NCBI GenBank assembly: GCA_018673925.1
Contig: JABHBL010000004.1
Coordinates: 38,524 to 102,523 of the forward strand
Length of the DNA stretch: 64,000 nucleotides
Direction: 5' to 3'
Origin: Fidelibacterota bacterium
GTDB lineage: Bacteria > Fidelibacterota > UBA8477 > JABMPR01
The notes below the pieces were generated by a model, which saw only the letters and a program-made list of their open reading frames with translations, made no database searches and was not told the origin of the DNA. Made by a program: the position numbers and the translations under genes. Of the stretch, positions 30,510 through 40,680 are shown in pieces (the first letter of the stretch is position 1; the number at the start of each line of letters is the position of its first letter).

Positions 30510-31298
30510 TTAATTCGGTTTAAATATTATTTCTGTTAATCTGAGAAACTCCAGTGGACTGAGTTGCTCTGGTCGCAAATTCAAATCAAACTGATCCTCA
30601 ATACTATCCCGGTCCTTTAAAACTAATTTCAGACTATTTCGTAAAGTTTTTCGCCGCTGATTAAATGCGGCTCTGACAACTTGTCTCAAGTGAGGTTCAA
30701 GCTCAGCTGAAACTGGATTGTCCTGGTCAAAGGAAAAGCGAACAAAACAGGAATCCACATCAGGAATCGGGTAGAACACATGTCGGCTGATATCGAAAAG
30801 ATATTCTGTTTTGGCAAAGAGTGCTGCATAGACAGAAAGAATCCCATACACCTTGGAGCCATGGGGAGCAACCAAACGCTTGCCCACTTCTTTTTGCATG
30901 AGAAAATGGACATCCCCAATGCGTTCATGATGTTCAAAGGCCTGAAGTATCAACTGTGAGGTGATGTAATAGGGGATATTGCCCATGAGCCGAAAATTAC
31001 CCAGTTCTGCAGGAGGAGACCATTTCAGAAAGTCTAGATGTTCATATGAAAACGACGGTGTTTCATTTCGAATGGGCTCGAGATATTCACCCATGCGGGG
31101 GTCGATTTCGATGGCATGGAGCTGTTTCACCCGGGGAGCGAAAAGACGGGTAAGCGCACCAGATCCAGGACCAATTTCCACCATCATATCATCTGGTTGA
31201 GGATTCACGGTCCGCACAAGTTTATCCAGCATGGCAGGATCAGTAATGAAATTTTGACCCCATTTTTTCAGGGCATGTAAATCAGGTCTTAAACCCAT
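30510..31298 (-). CDS. rsmA: 16S rRNA adenine dimethyltransferase
   Basis: 'GQNF', 'EIGPGSG', 'NIPYYIT', 'QKEV', 'AFNQRRKTLRN'. Confidence 0.96.
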   Translation of the reverse strand: MGLRPDLHALKKWGQNFITDPAMLDKLVRTVNPQPDDMMVEIGPGSGALTRLFAPRVKQLHAIEIDPRMGEYLEPIRNETPSFSYEHLDFLKWSPPAELGNFRLMGNIPYYITSQLILQAFEHHERIGDVHFLMQKEVGKRLVAPHGSKVYGILSVYAALFAKTEYLFDISRHVFYPIPDVDSCFVRFSFDQDNPVSAELEPHLRQVVRAAFNQRRKTLRNSLKLVLKDRDSIEDQFDLNLRPEQLSPLEFLRLTEIIFKPN

Positions 31299-31355
31299 GT
31301 GGGAAACCTCATCTCACCGAATTGCGACCTTACTGCAATGATCAAAAAAATGGTG

Positions 31356-32132
31356 TTATCCAAGATCATTCAGACCAAAGAAGGCTATTGCATTCCTTGT
31401 GGTTGTTTTGGCCAGATCTTCGACCTTTATGTTTCTCAATGAAGCAATCTTTTCAGCAATGTGGGGGATGTATTTTGGTTCGTTGGGACGTTTTCCGCGA
31501 TGGGGGGCTGGTGTGAGAAAGGGGCTGTCGGTCTCCAGCATAAGACGTTCCAGCGGCATGCGTGTAGCCACATCCTGAACGGCTTCATTTTTCTTAAATG
31601 TCACGGTCCCTGTGAAGGAGATGTGATACCCTTTATCCAAAAGAGGTTTGGCTATTTCCCAGGGAGAGGGCCAGCAGTGAAAAACGCCTGATGTATTTCC
31701 ATGTTCGAGAATCTGCTGAACGATATCCTGGTCAGCTCCACGATTATGAATAATCGCCGGTTTCCCGGTAGCCAGCGCCAGATCAAGATGATCACGAAAA
31801 AAGATTTTTTGAACATCAGCTGGAGAGTCGTCCCAATAATAATCCAGACCCGTTTCACCAACAGCCACAACTTTTGGATGAGAGAGCATATCAACAATCT
31901 CTTTCTCCCAGTTTTCAGGTGCTTTTGAACAATCGTTAGGGTGGATTCCAGCGGCTGCATAAATCTGAGGGTGGTCATCAGCCAGACGAATGGCAATTTC
32001 AGATGTGGGGAGGTCAATTCCCACCACCACCATTTTGTGGATGCCCTGTTCAGCAGCCGCATCCAGAACCTCGTTCGTTCTATCCAATAAGGGTTCTATG
32101 TTCAGGTGACAGTGGGTATCTATGAAGTTCAT
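31356..32132 (-). CDS. tatD: TatD family hydrolase
   Basis: 'DTHCHL', 'GIHP', 'GETGLDY', 'ETDSPFL'. Confidence 0.94.
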   Translation of the reverse strand: MNFIDTHCHLNIEPLLDRTNEVLDAAAEQGIHKMVVVGIDLPTSEIAIRLADDHPQIYAAAGIHPNDCSKAPENWEKEIVDMLSHPKVVAVGETGLDYYWDDSPADVQKIFFRDHLDLALATGKPAIIHNRGADQDIVQQILEHGNTSGVFHCWPSPWEIAKPLLDKGYHISFTGTVTFKKNEAVQDVATRMPLERLMLETDSPFLTPAPHRGKRPNEPKYIPHIAEKIASLRNIKVEDLAKTTTRNAIAFFGLNDLG

Positions 32133-32156
32133 ATGTATTTTAATTTGGATGTTTAT

Positions 32157-32180
32157 GCTTCGATGGGCTCAGCATGACAC
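32157..32180. repeat. Second copy of the REP-like unit
   Basis: GCTTCGATGGGCTCAGCATGACAC is the reverse complement of 17166-17189 with one mismatch; lies in the metG-tatD spacer. Confidence 0.65.
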
Positions 32181-32204
32181 ATCCATGACAAACATAACTA
32201 AGAG

Positions 32205-34082
32205 TTATCGAACCTTGGATCCTGGATCAACATCCTTCAATGGAATCAGAGGGGATACTACTTTCCCATCATCCGCAGCTAGAATCATTCCTTGAGAAAG
32301 CTCGCCACGAATCTTGGCAGGTTTCAAATTAGCTACAATGGAGACCGTTTTGCCTACTAGATCCTCTGGTGAATAGTGCTCAGCAATGCCGGCAATCACC
32401 TGGCGTTGTTCAGCACCAAGATCCACTTGCAGCTTCAAGAGTTTATCGGCATTTGGATGTTTCTCGGCCTTAATAATTTTCGCAATCCGAATATCCATTT
32501 TCATAAAATCATCAAAACTGATTTCATCTTTAAGGTCCAGTTTCTCTGGTTCTTCTTCAGGGGCTTCCTGGACTTCGATACGGGGGAAAAGACCATCAGT
32601 TTTACCCAGTTTGGTCCCAGGTTTATTGTGTCCCCAATCAAACCAGCCCTGCTCACTGAGACGTGCCTGAGCTGAGGTACCCATCACCTCCAACAGTTGT
32701 GAGATTTTTTCCGGCATGACAGGATACAGGTGAACTGCACTAAGACGTAGAGCTTCTGCAGCATTATACAATACAGCCCCTGCTCGATCTTTATCAGTTT
32801 TCATCAATTTCCAAGGGGCGGTTTCTTCGAGATAGCGGTTGATCTCACGCAAGACATCAAAAACATGGGTGATGGCATAATTCACACGCATTTGATCCAA
32901 CTCTGAGCTAACCTTCTCACGCAAAGCAGCTACATGCTGAGCCAGATCTGAATCCACAGGCATGGTTTCGCCTGGATCAGGTAAGACATAATCAAAATTG
33001 CGGCCTAAAAGTTTGGTGATTCGGTTCACCATATTTCCCAGATCATTAGCCAAGTCAGAGTTATAGCGGGTGACAAAACCATCCATAGTAAAGCTGGCAT
33101 CCTGACCTGGAGTCATTTCCCGCATGAGGAAATATCTCAGGGCATCGACACCGTATTCATTGGCAAGATCCAGTGGACGCACAACATTGCCTAGAGATTT
33201 AGACATTTTAGCGTCTCCCATGAGCCACCAGCCATGGGCAAAAATAGTTTTAGGGAGGGGCAGGTCTGCCGCCATGAGCATGGTTGGCCAATAGACTGCA
33301 TGGGTGGTCAGGATATCCTTGCCGATAAGGTGAAAATCTACGGGCCACCATTGCTTGAAATTCTCTTCCTGGTTGGGATAGCCAATTGCCGAAATGTAAT
33401 TGGTGAGTGCGTCAAACCAGACATAAGTGACGTACTCATCATCGAAGGGCAACTCAATACCCCAGTTAAGCCGAGCTTTTGGGCGAGAAATACACAGATC
33501 GCCCAATTCTTGTCTCAGAAAACCCAGAACTTCATTTTTGCGAAACGCTGGCTGAATAAAATCAGGATTGTCATGGATATAGTTAATCAAATCTTCCTGG
33601 TAGGCTGACATTTTGAACCAGTAATTGGATTCAGAGAGACGTTTTACATCTCGCCATTCACCTTCTTCGTATTCCTTATCAGTCAGAAAGCGCTCTTCAG
33701 CAACAGAATACCAACCTTCATAGGTATCCTTATAAATCAAACCTTTGTCCCACAATTTCTGGAGTAAAAAACTCACGACAGACTTGTGATTTTCTTGAGT
33801 CGTACGAATAAACTGATCATACTGAATATTCAGAGCATCCCACTTTTCCTGGAAACGAACCACATATTCATCCACATGCTGTTGTGGGCTTACACCCCTC
33901 TTCTCAGCAGCCTGTTGGACTTTTTGACCGTGCTCATCTGTACCAGTTAAGAAATACGTTTCATCCCCGAGGGCTCGATGAAAACGGGCCACCACATCTG
34001 CTAGGATAGTCGTATAAGCATGACCAATGTGGGGTTCATCATTTACATAATAAATAGGGGTGGTAACATAAAAGCGCGACAT
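32205..34082 (-). CDS. metG: Methionine-tRNA ligase with C-terminal tRNA-binding domain
   Basis: 'HIGH', 'GTDEHGQK', 'YVWFDAL', 'KMSKS', C-terminal 'HPNADKL...SQGMIL'. Confidence 0.98.
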   Translation of the reverse strand: MSRFYVTTPIYYVNDEPHIGHAYTTILADVVARFHRALGDETYFLTGTDEHGQKVQQAAEKRGVSPQQHVDEYVVRFQEKWDALNIQYDQFIRTTQENHKSVVSFLLQKLWDKGLIYKDTYEGWYSVAEERFLTDKEYEEGEWRDVKRLSESNYWFKMSAYQEDLINYIHDNPDFIQPAFRKNEVLGFLRQELGDLCISRPKARLNWGIELPFDDEYVTYVWFDALTNYISAIGYPNQEENFKQWWPVDFHLIGKDILTTHAVYWPTMLMAADLPLPKTIFAHGWWLMGDAKMSKSLGNVVRPLDLANEYGVDALRYFLMREMTPGQDASFTMDGFVTRYNSDLANDLGNMVNRITKLLGRNFDYVLPDPGETMPVDSDLAQHVAALREKVSSELDQMRVNYAITHVFDVLREINRYLEETAPWKLMKTDKDRAGAVLYNAAEALRLSAVHLYPVMPEKISQLLEVMGTSAQARLSEQGWFDWGHNKPGTKLGKTDGLFPRIEVQEAPEEEPEKLDLKDEISFDDFMKMDIRIAKIIKAEKHPNADKLLKLQVDLGAEQRQVIAGIAEHYSPEDLVGKTVSIVANLKPAKIRGELSQGMILAADDGKVVSPLIPLKDVDPGSKVR

Positions 34083-34088
34083 GGGGTC

Positions 34089-35018
34089 TTAGTTCTTTCT
34101 TTCTTTATAGTCAGCATCCATATGCTTGAGTGCTTTTTTGATGGTTTCGAGATCATGAACTTCGATACCACCCTGCTCATATGAGACAGTACAACGTCCA
34201 TTGAGGACATCATTTGAGATGATAGTGCCAAGTCCCTCCTTTGTTTCAAGGGGTAGACCCACCGAAGGAAAATCCTTCATAGCTTCGTGATAAAAATCCC
34301 ATTCAAAGCGTAAGCAGCATTTTAGTTTTCCACAGGCACCGCTGAGTTTGCTGGGATTGATGGGCAGGTTTTGATCTTTAGCGTACTGGGTGGTAACTGG
34401 CTCAAAGCCATCCATAAATCGGGAACAGCAGATCTGTTGACCACAGGGACCTTGACCATCCAGACGCCGGGCATAATCGCGAACACCAATCTGCCGCATC
34501 TCGATGCGGGTTCTAAACTCATAGGCCAAGTCTTTAACAAGTTGCCGAAAATCTACCCGTTCTTCTGCAGTATAGAAAAAAGTCATTTTGCGACGATCAA
34601 GCTGAAACTCAACATCAACCAGTTTCATTTTTAAGCCATTTTTTGCAATGAGTTCCAGTCCACGTTTGAAAGCCTCTGGTTCATCACGTCGATTATTGTG
34701 ATGCGTACTTATTTCTTTTTCATTTGCTTTACGGAGGAGCTTGTGAATAGACTCGCCATTTTTACGATTATTAAATTCAGGCTCACTGCTGGGGCATCTG
34801 TTACACCCCTCAACCTTATTGCAGACCGGTGTGACCAGGCCAATGTCCTCACCAAGTTCGGTTTCAACAACGACATATTCGCCAGATTTCAGAGCTAGAC
34901 TATCGGAATTGGTAAAAGTTTCACGACGATTGCCTTTGAAACTAACCTTTATCAATCCTGGTGGTTTGGGATCACCCTGTTCAGAGGGCATTGGGTTGTG
35001 CTGTGCATATTGTGTCAT
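34089..35018 (-). CDS. ricT: PSP1/RicT (YaaT) family protein
   Basis: 'FFYTAEERVDFRQLVKDLA', 'RIEMRQIGVRD', 'CGQQICCS', 'SGACGKLKCCL'. Confidence 0.92.
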   Translation of the reverse strand: MTQYAQHNPMPSEQGDPKPPGLIKVSFKGNRRETFTNSDSLALKSGEYVVVETELGEDIGLVTPVCNKVEGCNRCPSSEPEFNNRKNGESIHKLLRKANEKEISTHHNNRRDEPEAFKRGLELIAKNGLKMKLVDVEFQLDRRKMTFFYTAEERVDFRQLVKDLAYEFRTRIEMRQIGVRDYARRLDGQGPCGQQICCSRFMDGFEPVTTQYAKDQNLPINPSKLSGACGKLKCCLRFEWDFYHEAMKDFPSVGLPLETKEGLGTIISNDVLNGRCTVSYEQGGIEVHDLETIKKALKHMDADYKERKN

Positions 35019-35071
35019 TTATTTATATCCTGACCTTTGGTCCAGAGACCGCTGGTTCTATTCTTTTACGT

Positions 35072-36205
35072 TCAATCCTGAGGTACTTGTCCCCGCAGGT
35101 GTTTTCGTAGTTGGAAAAATAAGGCAGTAATTGCGAGCTGCAAATGAACTTTACGTGCTAGGGCGTCCTTTGTGCGCTCGATCGCTTTGATAGCTCCATG
35201 ACTATCACAATCAGGAAACAATTTTTGCATCTGCTGTACCTGGGCTACCCAAAGGGCAGTTTCACCAGGCTTTATGTCTAGGGCCACATCTCTAAAAAAG
35301 AGGATGAGCAATGATAGAAATTGTTGTCGCGACTCATCATTCTCGAGGTCCTTGTCTTTAAGGAGCAGGGCCTGCTTATGCACGGAAACAAAATCTTCAC
35401 GGGCCAATGTGTTCAATGTTGCGCGTATACGGTCCAGCCAAAAAGTATTGTCCTGCTCTGCGTAGGTATGAGCCGCCGCCAGGTCTCCCATGGCCATGCG
35501 AGCGCTGATCTCGGCCTGGACAGCATCGGCACCTTTTTTCTCCACTAGATCATCTCTTATGAGCTTCCAACTCAAATCAGGAATATGATGCATGGAACAA
35601 CGGGAGCGAATCGTGTCGGGTAAACGATCGGGGAATTCAGTTGTCAGCAGAAACACGGTCCCTTTTGGAGGCTCTTCTAGAATTTTTAAAAGGGCATTGG
35701 CTGCTTCCACATTCATTCTGTGTGCTCGGAGAATGATGACGATGCGTGTGTTTCCTGGATCGTGAGCGAGATAAATATCTTTTCGCAATTTACGTATAGC
35801 CGCGATTCTGATATCATTGGCTCCATCAACTTGAAGGTGATAGTAGGGCCATTTAACTTTTTTGCTTAGCTCTTCATTTATCAGAGTCATCTCTCCATCT
35901 TTGATACCGGCAAAGGGGTCGGTTTGGCTGGGGGAGCGTCGAGGCAGCGCAAAGATGAGATGTAGAGCGGGATGTTCAAAATTTTGCATTTGTCGGCAGG
36001 CCGAACATTCTCCACAGGGTTTATTATTTTCTGCTTTGCAATTGAGGATGGTTCCAATGGTCAAAGCCATGGCGTCCTTGCCTACACCTGAATGTCCACT
36101 CAGGATGTGAGCATGACCAAAACGGCCAGAGCGTATCAGAGACTCCCAATATCGGCGAGTCTGGTCTTGTCCAATTAGATGGTATGGATTTAGCGTTTCA
36201 GCCAC
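35072..36205 (-). CDS. holB: DNA polymerase III delta' subunit
   Basis: 'GVGK', 'PCGECSAC', 'AANALLKILEEP', 'TIRSRC'. Confidence 0.93.
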   Translation of the reverse strand: MAETLNPYHLIGQDQTRRYWESLIRSGRFGHAHILSGHSGVGKDAMALTIGTILNCKAENNKPCGECSACRQMQNFEHPALHLIFALPRRSPSQTDPFAGIKDGEMTLINEELSKKVKWPYYHLQVDGANDIRIAAIRKLRKDIYLAHDPGNTRIVIILRAHRMNVEAANALLKILEEPPKGTVFLLTTEFPDRLPDTIRSRCSMHHIPDLSWKLIRDDLVEKKGADAVQAEISARMAMGDLAAAHTYAEQDNTFWLDRIRATLNTLAREDFVSVHKQALLLKDKDLENDESRQQFLSLLILFFRDVALDIKPGETALWVAQVQQMQKLFPDCDSHGAIKAIERTKDALARKVHLQLAITALFFQLRKHLRGQVPQD

Positions 36206-37383
36206 TTTAGAGGATCTACTTTATTTTTTCCGCGCCAGACTTCAAAATGTAATCGTGCTCCATCAAGACTGCCAGTATCACTCACTTGCGCAATAACCTG
36301 ATCCCTGAGCACATATCCATTCATGTTAACCTGAATATTATCGATATGAGCATAAACTGTATAATAGCTATCGCCATGATCGACAATCATGGTATTGCCA
36401 TAGCCGGGAATCCAGGTAATGGCTACCACGATTCCATCCAGAACGGCACGAACACCTTTGCCTTTGGGAGCCGCGATATCAATACCAGGATTGGTGGTAA
36501 CTGTACCCAGTTTCTCGTTTTTTTGGGGCCCAAAACGTCCAACGAGTTTGCCTTGTACTGGCCAGCTGAGTTTGCCTTTATGCTTGGCGAATTCTCCCTT
36601 GGCTTGATCCATGGTCATACCGCGTCGTCTTGCCAATTCCCGGAGACGTTCCTGCTTTTTCTTTTCCAGGTCCTCAATCATACCCTGAATTTTTTTGGCC
36701 GCGGCTTTTTTGGTCTTAACCTGTTGCTGCATGCCTTTGCGATCTCGTTTCAGGGTGCTTAGTTGGGATTCTTTTTTCTTCTGCTGAGAAGAAATTTGCC
36801 GGCTGGCTTGCTCTTCTTCACGTATGTTACGTTTGACCTCTCCCAGTCGTCTGGCCAGATTATTTTGATCGCTCCGATTATTCCGAATCATTAGCTGAAG
36901 CTCATTAAGGGTGATTTCTTCAGCTTTGTTAATGGCAGAGAGATAGGTGGTCCGGCGTAAAGCCTGATGAATATCCCCAGAGGTTAACAACAGGTCGATA
37001 TCGCGATTTTGGCCAAGTTTATAGGCTCGTACGGCACGTCTTGCTGCCCGTTCTTTCATCACCAGGATTTTTTGATCTGTTGTTTGAATGGTTTCGTTAA
37101 GCAGGTTTATCTGGCTTTCCTTGAGTCGTCGTTCTTTTTGAAGTTCTCTTTTTAACTGGGTTACCATGGCGATTTGCTTGTCCAGGTTTTGGATTTGCTT
37201 CAGCGTCGCTTTTTCATCTTTCTGGGTCTTGTTAATCCGCGAATTGAGTCTATCGATTTCCTTGCGAATTTCTTTGAGTTTTTTGGACTGAGAGTTAATG
37301 TTTTTATCAAGGTCTTCAGTCTGACCATAAGACATGCTGAAGGCAAAGAGTAAAGTAAGCAGTATATAGAGCGCTTTTTTCAT
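36190..37383 (-). CDS. envC: Murein hydrolase activator EnvC family (coiled coil + degenerate M23)
   Basis: Signal peptide, long coiled coil, 'LSWPVQG', 'NPGIDI', 'YTVYAH', 'LHFEV'. Confidence 0.88.
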   Translation of the reverse strand: MKKALYILLTLLFAFSMSYGQTEDLDKNINSQSKKLKEIRKEIDRLNSRINKTQKDEKATLKQIQNLDKQIAMVTQLKRELQKERRLKESQINLLNETIQTTDQKILVMKERAARRAVRAYKLGQNRDIDLLLTSGDIHQALRRTTYLSAINKAEEITLNELQLMIRNNRSDQNNLARRLGEVKRNIREEEQASRQISSQQKKKESQLSTLKRDRKGMQQQVKTKKAAAKKIQGMIEDLEKKKQERLRELARRRGMTMDQAKGEFAKHKGKLSWPVQGKLVGRFGPQKNEKLGTVTTNPGIDIAAPKGKGVRAVLDGIVVAITWIPGYGNTMIVDHGDSYYTVYAHIDNIQVNMNGYVLRDQVIAQVSDTGSLDGARLHFEVWRGKNKVDPLKWLKR

Positions 37384-37716
37384 CAGCGTTTAAACTAAGT
37401 GAATTCGAGTAAAAGCAACAGGGCAAAACCATCAGGATTTTGATTTGGAAAAGGGTGAATCGTTTATTGTTTTCATGAAGATCCAATAGGGTTTTTCGAA
37501 GAAGTTTCGATTTAAATCAGTGAAACGATGTTTGATAAAAGTTGAAATACACCAGTAAATGATTGTTTGCTTTTAGATTTGGCAGTCTAATATTCCACGG
37601 AATAGTCAGGAAAGTCCAATTGGATCAAAAGTGCTAAACACAGGAAACTGTGTAAGAGCCTGACGAGTAGGAAGCCGCCTCAGGCGGTATGTTTTAAGAA
37701 AGAGGTATAAGTACAA

Positions 37717-37929
37717 ATGGCTGAAGAATTAGTCAACGGTGTGGTAAAGTGGTTCAATGACGAAAAAGGTTACGGATTTATTCAGCAGGAAGATGGTCCG
37801 GATGTGTTCGTTCACTACCGTGCAATTAACTCAGAGGGACGTCGTTCTTTGAAAGAAGGACAGAGCGTCACTTTTAACGTTACTCAGGGCGAAAAAGGTC
37901 CACAGGCAGATAACGTTACTCCTGTTTGA
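37717..37929 (+). CDS. Cold-shock protein (CspA family)
   Basis: '[15 protein letters not shown]', 'DVFVHY', 'GEKGPQA'. Confidence 0.97.
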   Translation: MAEELVNGVVKWFNDEKGYGFIQQEDGPDVFVHYRAINSEGRRSLKEGQSVTFNVTQGEKGPQADNVTPV

Positions 37930-37950
37930 TTCTTATTTAAGAAATCAATT

Positions 37951-37991
37951 AGAGCGCCGGTCTCAACGCGAGTGCCGGCGCTTTTTATTTT
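37951..37991 (+). terminator. Rho-independent terminator after csp
   Basis: AGAGCGCCGG...CCGGCGCTTT followed by TTATTTT. Confidence 0.8.
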
Positions 37992-38022
37992 ATCTGGACT
38001 ATATTGTTTAAATCAGGTTTAT

Positions 38023-39096
38023 ATGATGAAAGTTAAACCAATCAATACTAAAGACTTTAGCTATAGCAGGGGTCTTCAGTTGCTGCGCGGGTTGGCAGCA
38101 CTCATGATTGTTTTTCTCCATCTCGGGGTTGCTGAATCCAGATATGGATCTGGTGGATGGCAATATCTCAAAGACTTCCGAGTTGGTGCTGCTGGTGTAG
38201 ACATTTTTTTTGTTATCAGCGGATTCGTTATGATGCTGGTTATAAAAAACAAAATGATCAGCCCGGTTTTGTTTTTGAAAAACAGACTTTCTCGCATTTA
38301 TCCCAACTACTGGATTTACTTTCTAATTGTTGTTCTGGTGTGGTTGATCCAACCCGGTTGGGTAAATAGCTCCCTTCCAGGTACACCTGACTTTCTCAGT
38401 TCACTCCTCTTGTTTCCATCTTCAGGTCCACCAGTTGTTTCAGTGGCCTGGACCCTTGAGTTTGAAATCTTTTTTTACCTGGTGTTTACGTTCTTTCTGT
38501 GGATTTCCCGCCAATATTTAGCTCCTCTTTTAATAAGCACTTTCACGGTTCTTGTGCTTTTAGGGGTGATTTACCAACCTGAATCACTTCTCCTGGAACG
38601 ACTAACCCATCCACTTCTGTTGGAATTTTCTGCAGGCGTTCTTTTGGGGCGCGTGTTGATGTTAAGGCAAATACCAGGTGCCTGGCTGACCATTCCAGTT
38701 GCGGTTTTAATATTTATCCTGTACCAGACAGGACTTGAACTCATTCAGATATTTCCTGTGGGGATTCATTTGGAACGCCTGGTTAACTTCGGTATACCTG
38801 CAGTTCTGCTGGTGCTTGGTATGGTCAGTTTGGACATGAAATATGATATAGCATATCCCGACCTCTTTATCAAAGTAGGTGATGCTTCTTACACGCTTTA
38901 TCTTTCACACATTCTGGTTATTTCTGCTTCAGGAAAGCTGTATCAGGCTTTGGGCCTGAATGAGATTCTCTCCAACTTTATCTTTATAATGGGAATGCTT
39001 ATTCTCTGCATCCTCAGTGCGCTTTTGGCATACCGGTATCTTGAGCTGCCCCTCCTGGCCTATGTCAGGAAAGCTCTCAAAAAAACCTCGGAATAA
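38023..39096 (+). CDS. Acyltransferase family 3 (ExoZ/OafA-like)
   Basis: 'QLLRGLAALMIV', 'GVDIFFVISGF', 'RIYP', 'WTLEFE', 'GDASYTLYLSH'. Start moved downstream of the csp terminator. Confidence 0.92.
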   Translation: MMKVKPINTKDFSYSRGLQLLRGLAALMIVFLHLGVAESRYGSGGWQYLKDFRVGAAGVDIFFVISGFVMMLVIKNKMISPVLFLKNRLSRIYPNYWIYFLIVVLVWLIQPGWVNSSLPGTPDFLSSLLLFPSSGPPVVSVAWTLEFEIFFYLVFTFFLWISRQYLAPLLISTFTVLVLLGVIYQPESLLLERLTHPLLLEFSAGVLLGRVLMLRQIPGAWLTIPVAVLIFILYQTGLELIQIFPVGIHLERLVNFGIPAVLLVLGMVSLDMKYDIAYPDLFIKVGDASYTLYLSHILVISASGKLYQALGLNEILSNFIFIMGMLILCILSALLAYRYLELPLLAYVRKALKKTSE

Positions 39097-39232
39097 ATTT
39101 AGGGGTCACCCCCATTGACCCGTTTTCCTGTCAAGCATGCTTCTGGATAATCCGGCCACTTTTTTGTGGCGAATGCCATTCATTTGGATTTATTTGAGTC
39201 CACACTGAACCTAACAGCACAAGATCAGGATA

Positions 39233-39712
39233 ATGACACATTCAAACGAATTACTGATAGAGCGATTTTATAAGGCCTTTTCCGAAAAGGATAGTCAGGT
39301 GATGACGGATAGCTATCACCCCGAGGCTGTCTTTGATGATCCAGTGTTTCAACATCTCCAGGGTTCAGAGATCGGGAATATGTGGACCATGCTGTGTCTC
39401 CAATCTTCATCACTTGAGATTACGTTTGAGAACATTCACGCAGATGAGGAAAAGGGACAGGCAGACTGGTCTGCGAAATACACTTTTGGTAAAGCCAGAA
39501 GAAAGGTTCACAATCAAATCCATGCTGAATTCACATTTAAGGATGGAAAAATTTTAAAACATATAGACCATTTTGATTTTTGGAAATGGAGCAGGATGGC
39601 CTTAGGTCCACTGGGATTATTGATGGGGTGGAATTCTGTGGTGAAGGTAAATATTCGTAAACAGGCCATGGCCAATTTGACCAAATTTATAACAATCACA
39701 AAAAACACGTAA
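39233..39712 (+). CDS. NTF2/SnoaL-like protein
   Basis: 'IERFYKAF', 'YHPEAVFDDPVF', 'HIDHFDFWKWSRMALG'. Confidence 0.88.
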   Translation: MTHSNELLIERFYKAFSEKDSQVMTDSYHPEAVFDDPVFQHLQGSEIGNMWTMLCLQSSSLEITFENIHADEEKGQADWSAKYTFGKARRKVHNQIHAEFTFKDGKILKHIDHFDFWKWSRMALGPLGLLMGWNSVVKVNIRKQAMANLTKFITITKNT

Positions 39713-39814
39713 AATACTTGTGTAAGTCCATTCTTTCTGTTATAGAAAGCGCGAAACAGCAGGGAAAAACATTTTGCTGATTTTTGAAGAATAAACGAGG
39801 AGAAGTCTCGAGAT

Positions 39815-40531
39815 ATGTATAGAAAAGTAGCCATCGTAACCGGAGCAAATAGGGGTTTAGGTCATGCCTTGACCAAAGCTTTGGCCGAAGATGATTATAA
39901 AGTTTTTATGGTAGGGCGCAACAAGATCGAAATTGACAACGCCTCTGCCAAACTACAAGAAGCCGGTCTGGATATTGAGGGTTTTGAGGCTGATGTGAGT
40001 AAAGCTCGTCATATCACTGCCCTTTCCTCTTATGTCTCATCACAGTTTGATCACCTGGATCTCCTCATCAACAATGCTGGTATTATTATTGAACCCGGTG
40101 GCCTGGATAGTCAGGTAACCTGCTTCACTATTAATCCTGAGCTTGTTGAAGAAGCCTTTTCCGTAAACACAGTAGGCGCCTTACGTTTAGTTCAGGCTTT
40201 TTATGACCTGTTAAAAAAGGCACGACAACCACGTATAGTAAATGTCTCCAGTGGCATGGGTTCAATTGCCCATATGGAAGCTGGATGGCCAGCCTATCGC
40301 ATGTCCAAAGCTGCGATGAATGCTCTCACAGTCATCTTAGCCAAGGAGCTTGTCGATACTCGGATTAAGGTCAACTCTGTTGATCCTGGCTGGGTGAGAA
40401 CTGATATGGGTGGTCCCAATGCAGATCGTTCCATTGAGGAAGGAATCGAAGGTATTCTCTGGGCAGCCAAGCTTGCGCCAGATGGACCTACCGGTGGATT
40501 CTACAAGGATGGAAAACTTCTGGACTGGTAA
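39815..40531 (+). CDS. Short-chain dehydrogenase/reductase (carbonyl reductase-like)
   Basis: 'TGANRGLG', 'NNAG', YxxxK 'YRMSK', 'PGWVRTDMGG'. Confidence 0.93.
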   Translation: MYRKVAIVTGANRGLGHALTKALAEDDYKVFMVGRNKIEIDNASAKLQEAGLDIEGFEADVSKARHITALSSYVSSQFDHLDLLINNAGIIIEPGGLDSQVTCFTINPELVEEAFSVNTVGALRLVQAFYDLLKKARQPRIVNVSSGMGSIAHMEAGWPAYRMSKAAMNALTVILAKELVDTRIKVNSVDPGWVRTDMGGPNADRSIEEGIEGILWAAKLAPDGPTGGFYKDGKLLDW

Positions 40532-40552
40532 AAAGAATTTGCCATTAATATT

Positions 40553-40582
40553 AAAACCCCGTGTTGCTGCATGGGGTTTTTT
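40553..40582 (+). terminator. Rho-independent terminator after SDR
   Basis: AAAACCCCGTG-ttgctg-CATGGGGTTTTTT. Confidence 0.75.
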
Positions 40583-40680
40583 GTATAAACTATTGATCTG
40601 ATGTATTCACAACTTGAATTATGAAGGAAAATACCAATCGGGTTATATGCTTCATAAATGCAAACAGGAGAAACTGAAAT

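Noticed and set aside
37415-37455. c-di-GMP-I riboswitch-like 'ACAGGGCAAAACCA'
   Set aside because: Lacks the GNRA-capped P2 and the GACGCAAAG junction; lies in a divergent promoter region.
37659-37702. Hammerhead ribozyme core (CTGACGAG)
   Set aside because: No stem II closed by CGAAA and no stem I/III pairing; CCTGAC instead pairs with the upstream GTCAGG.
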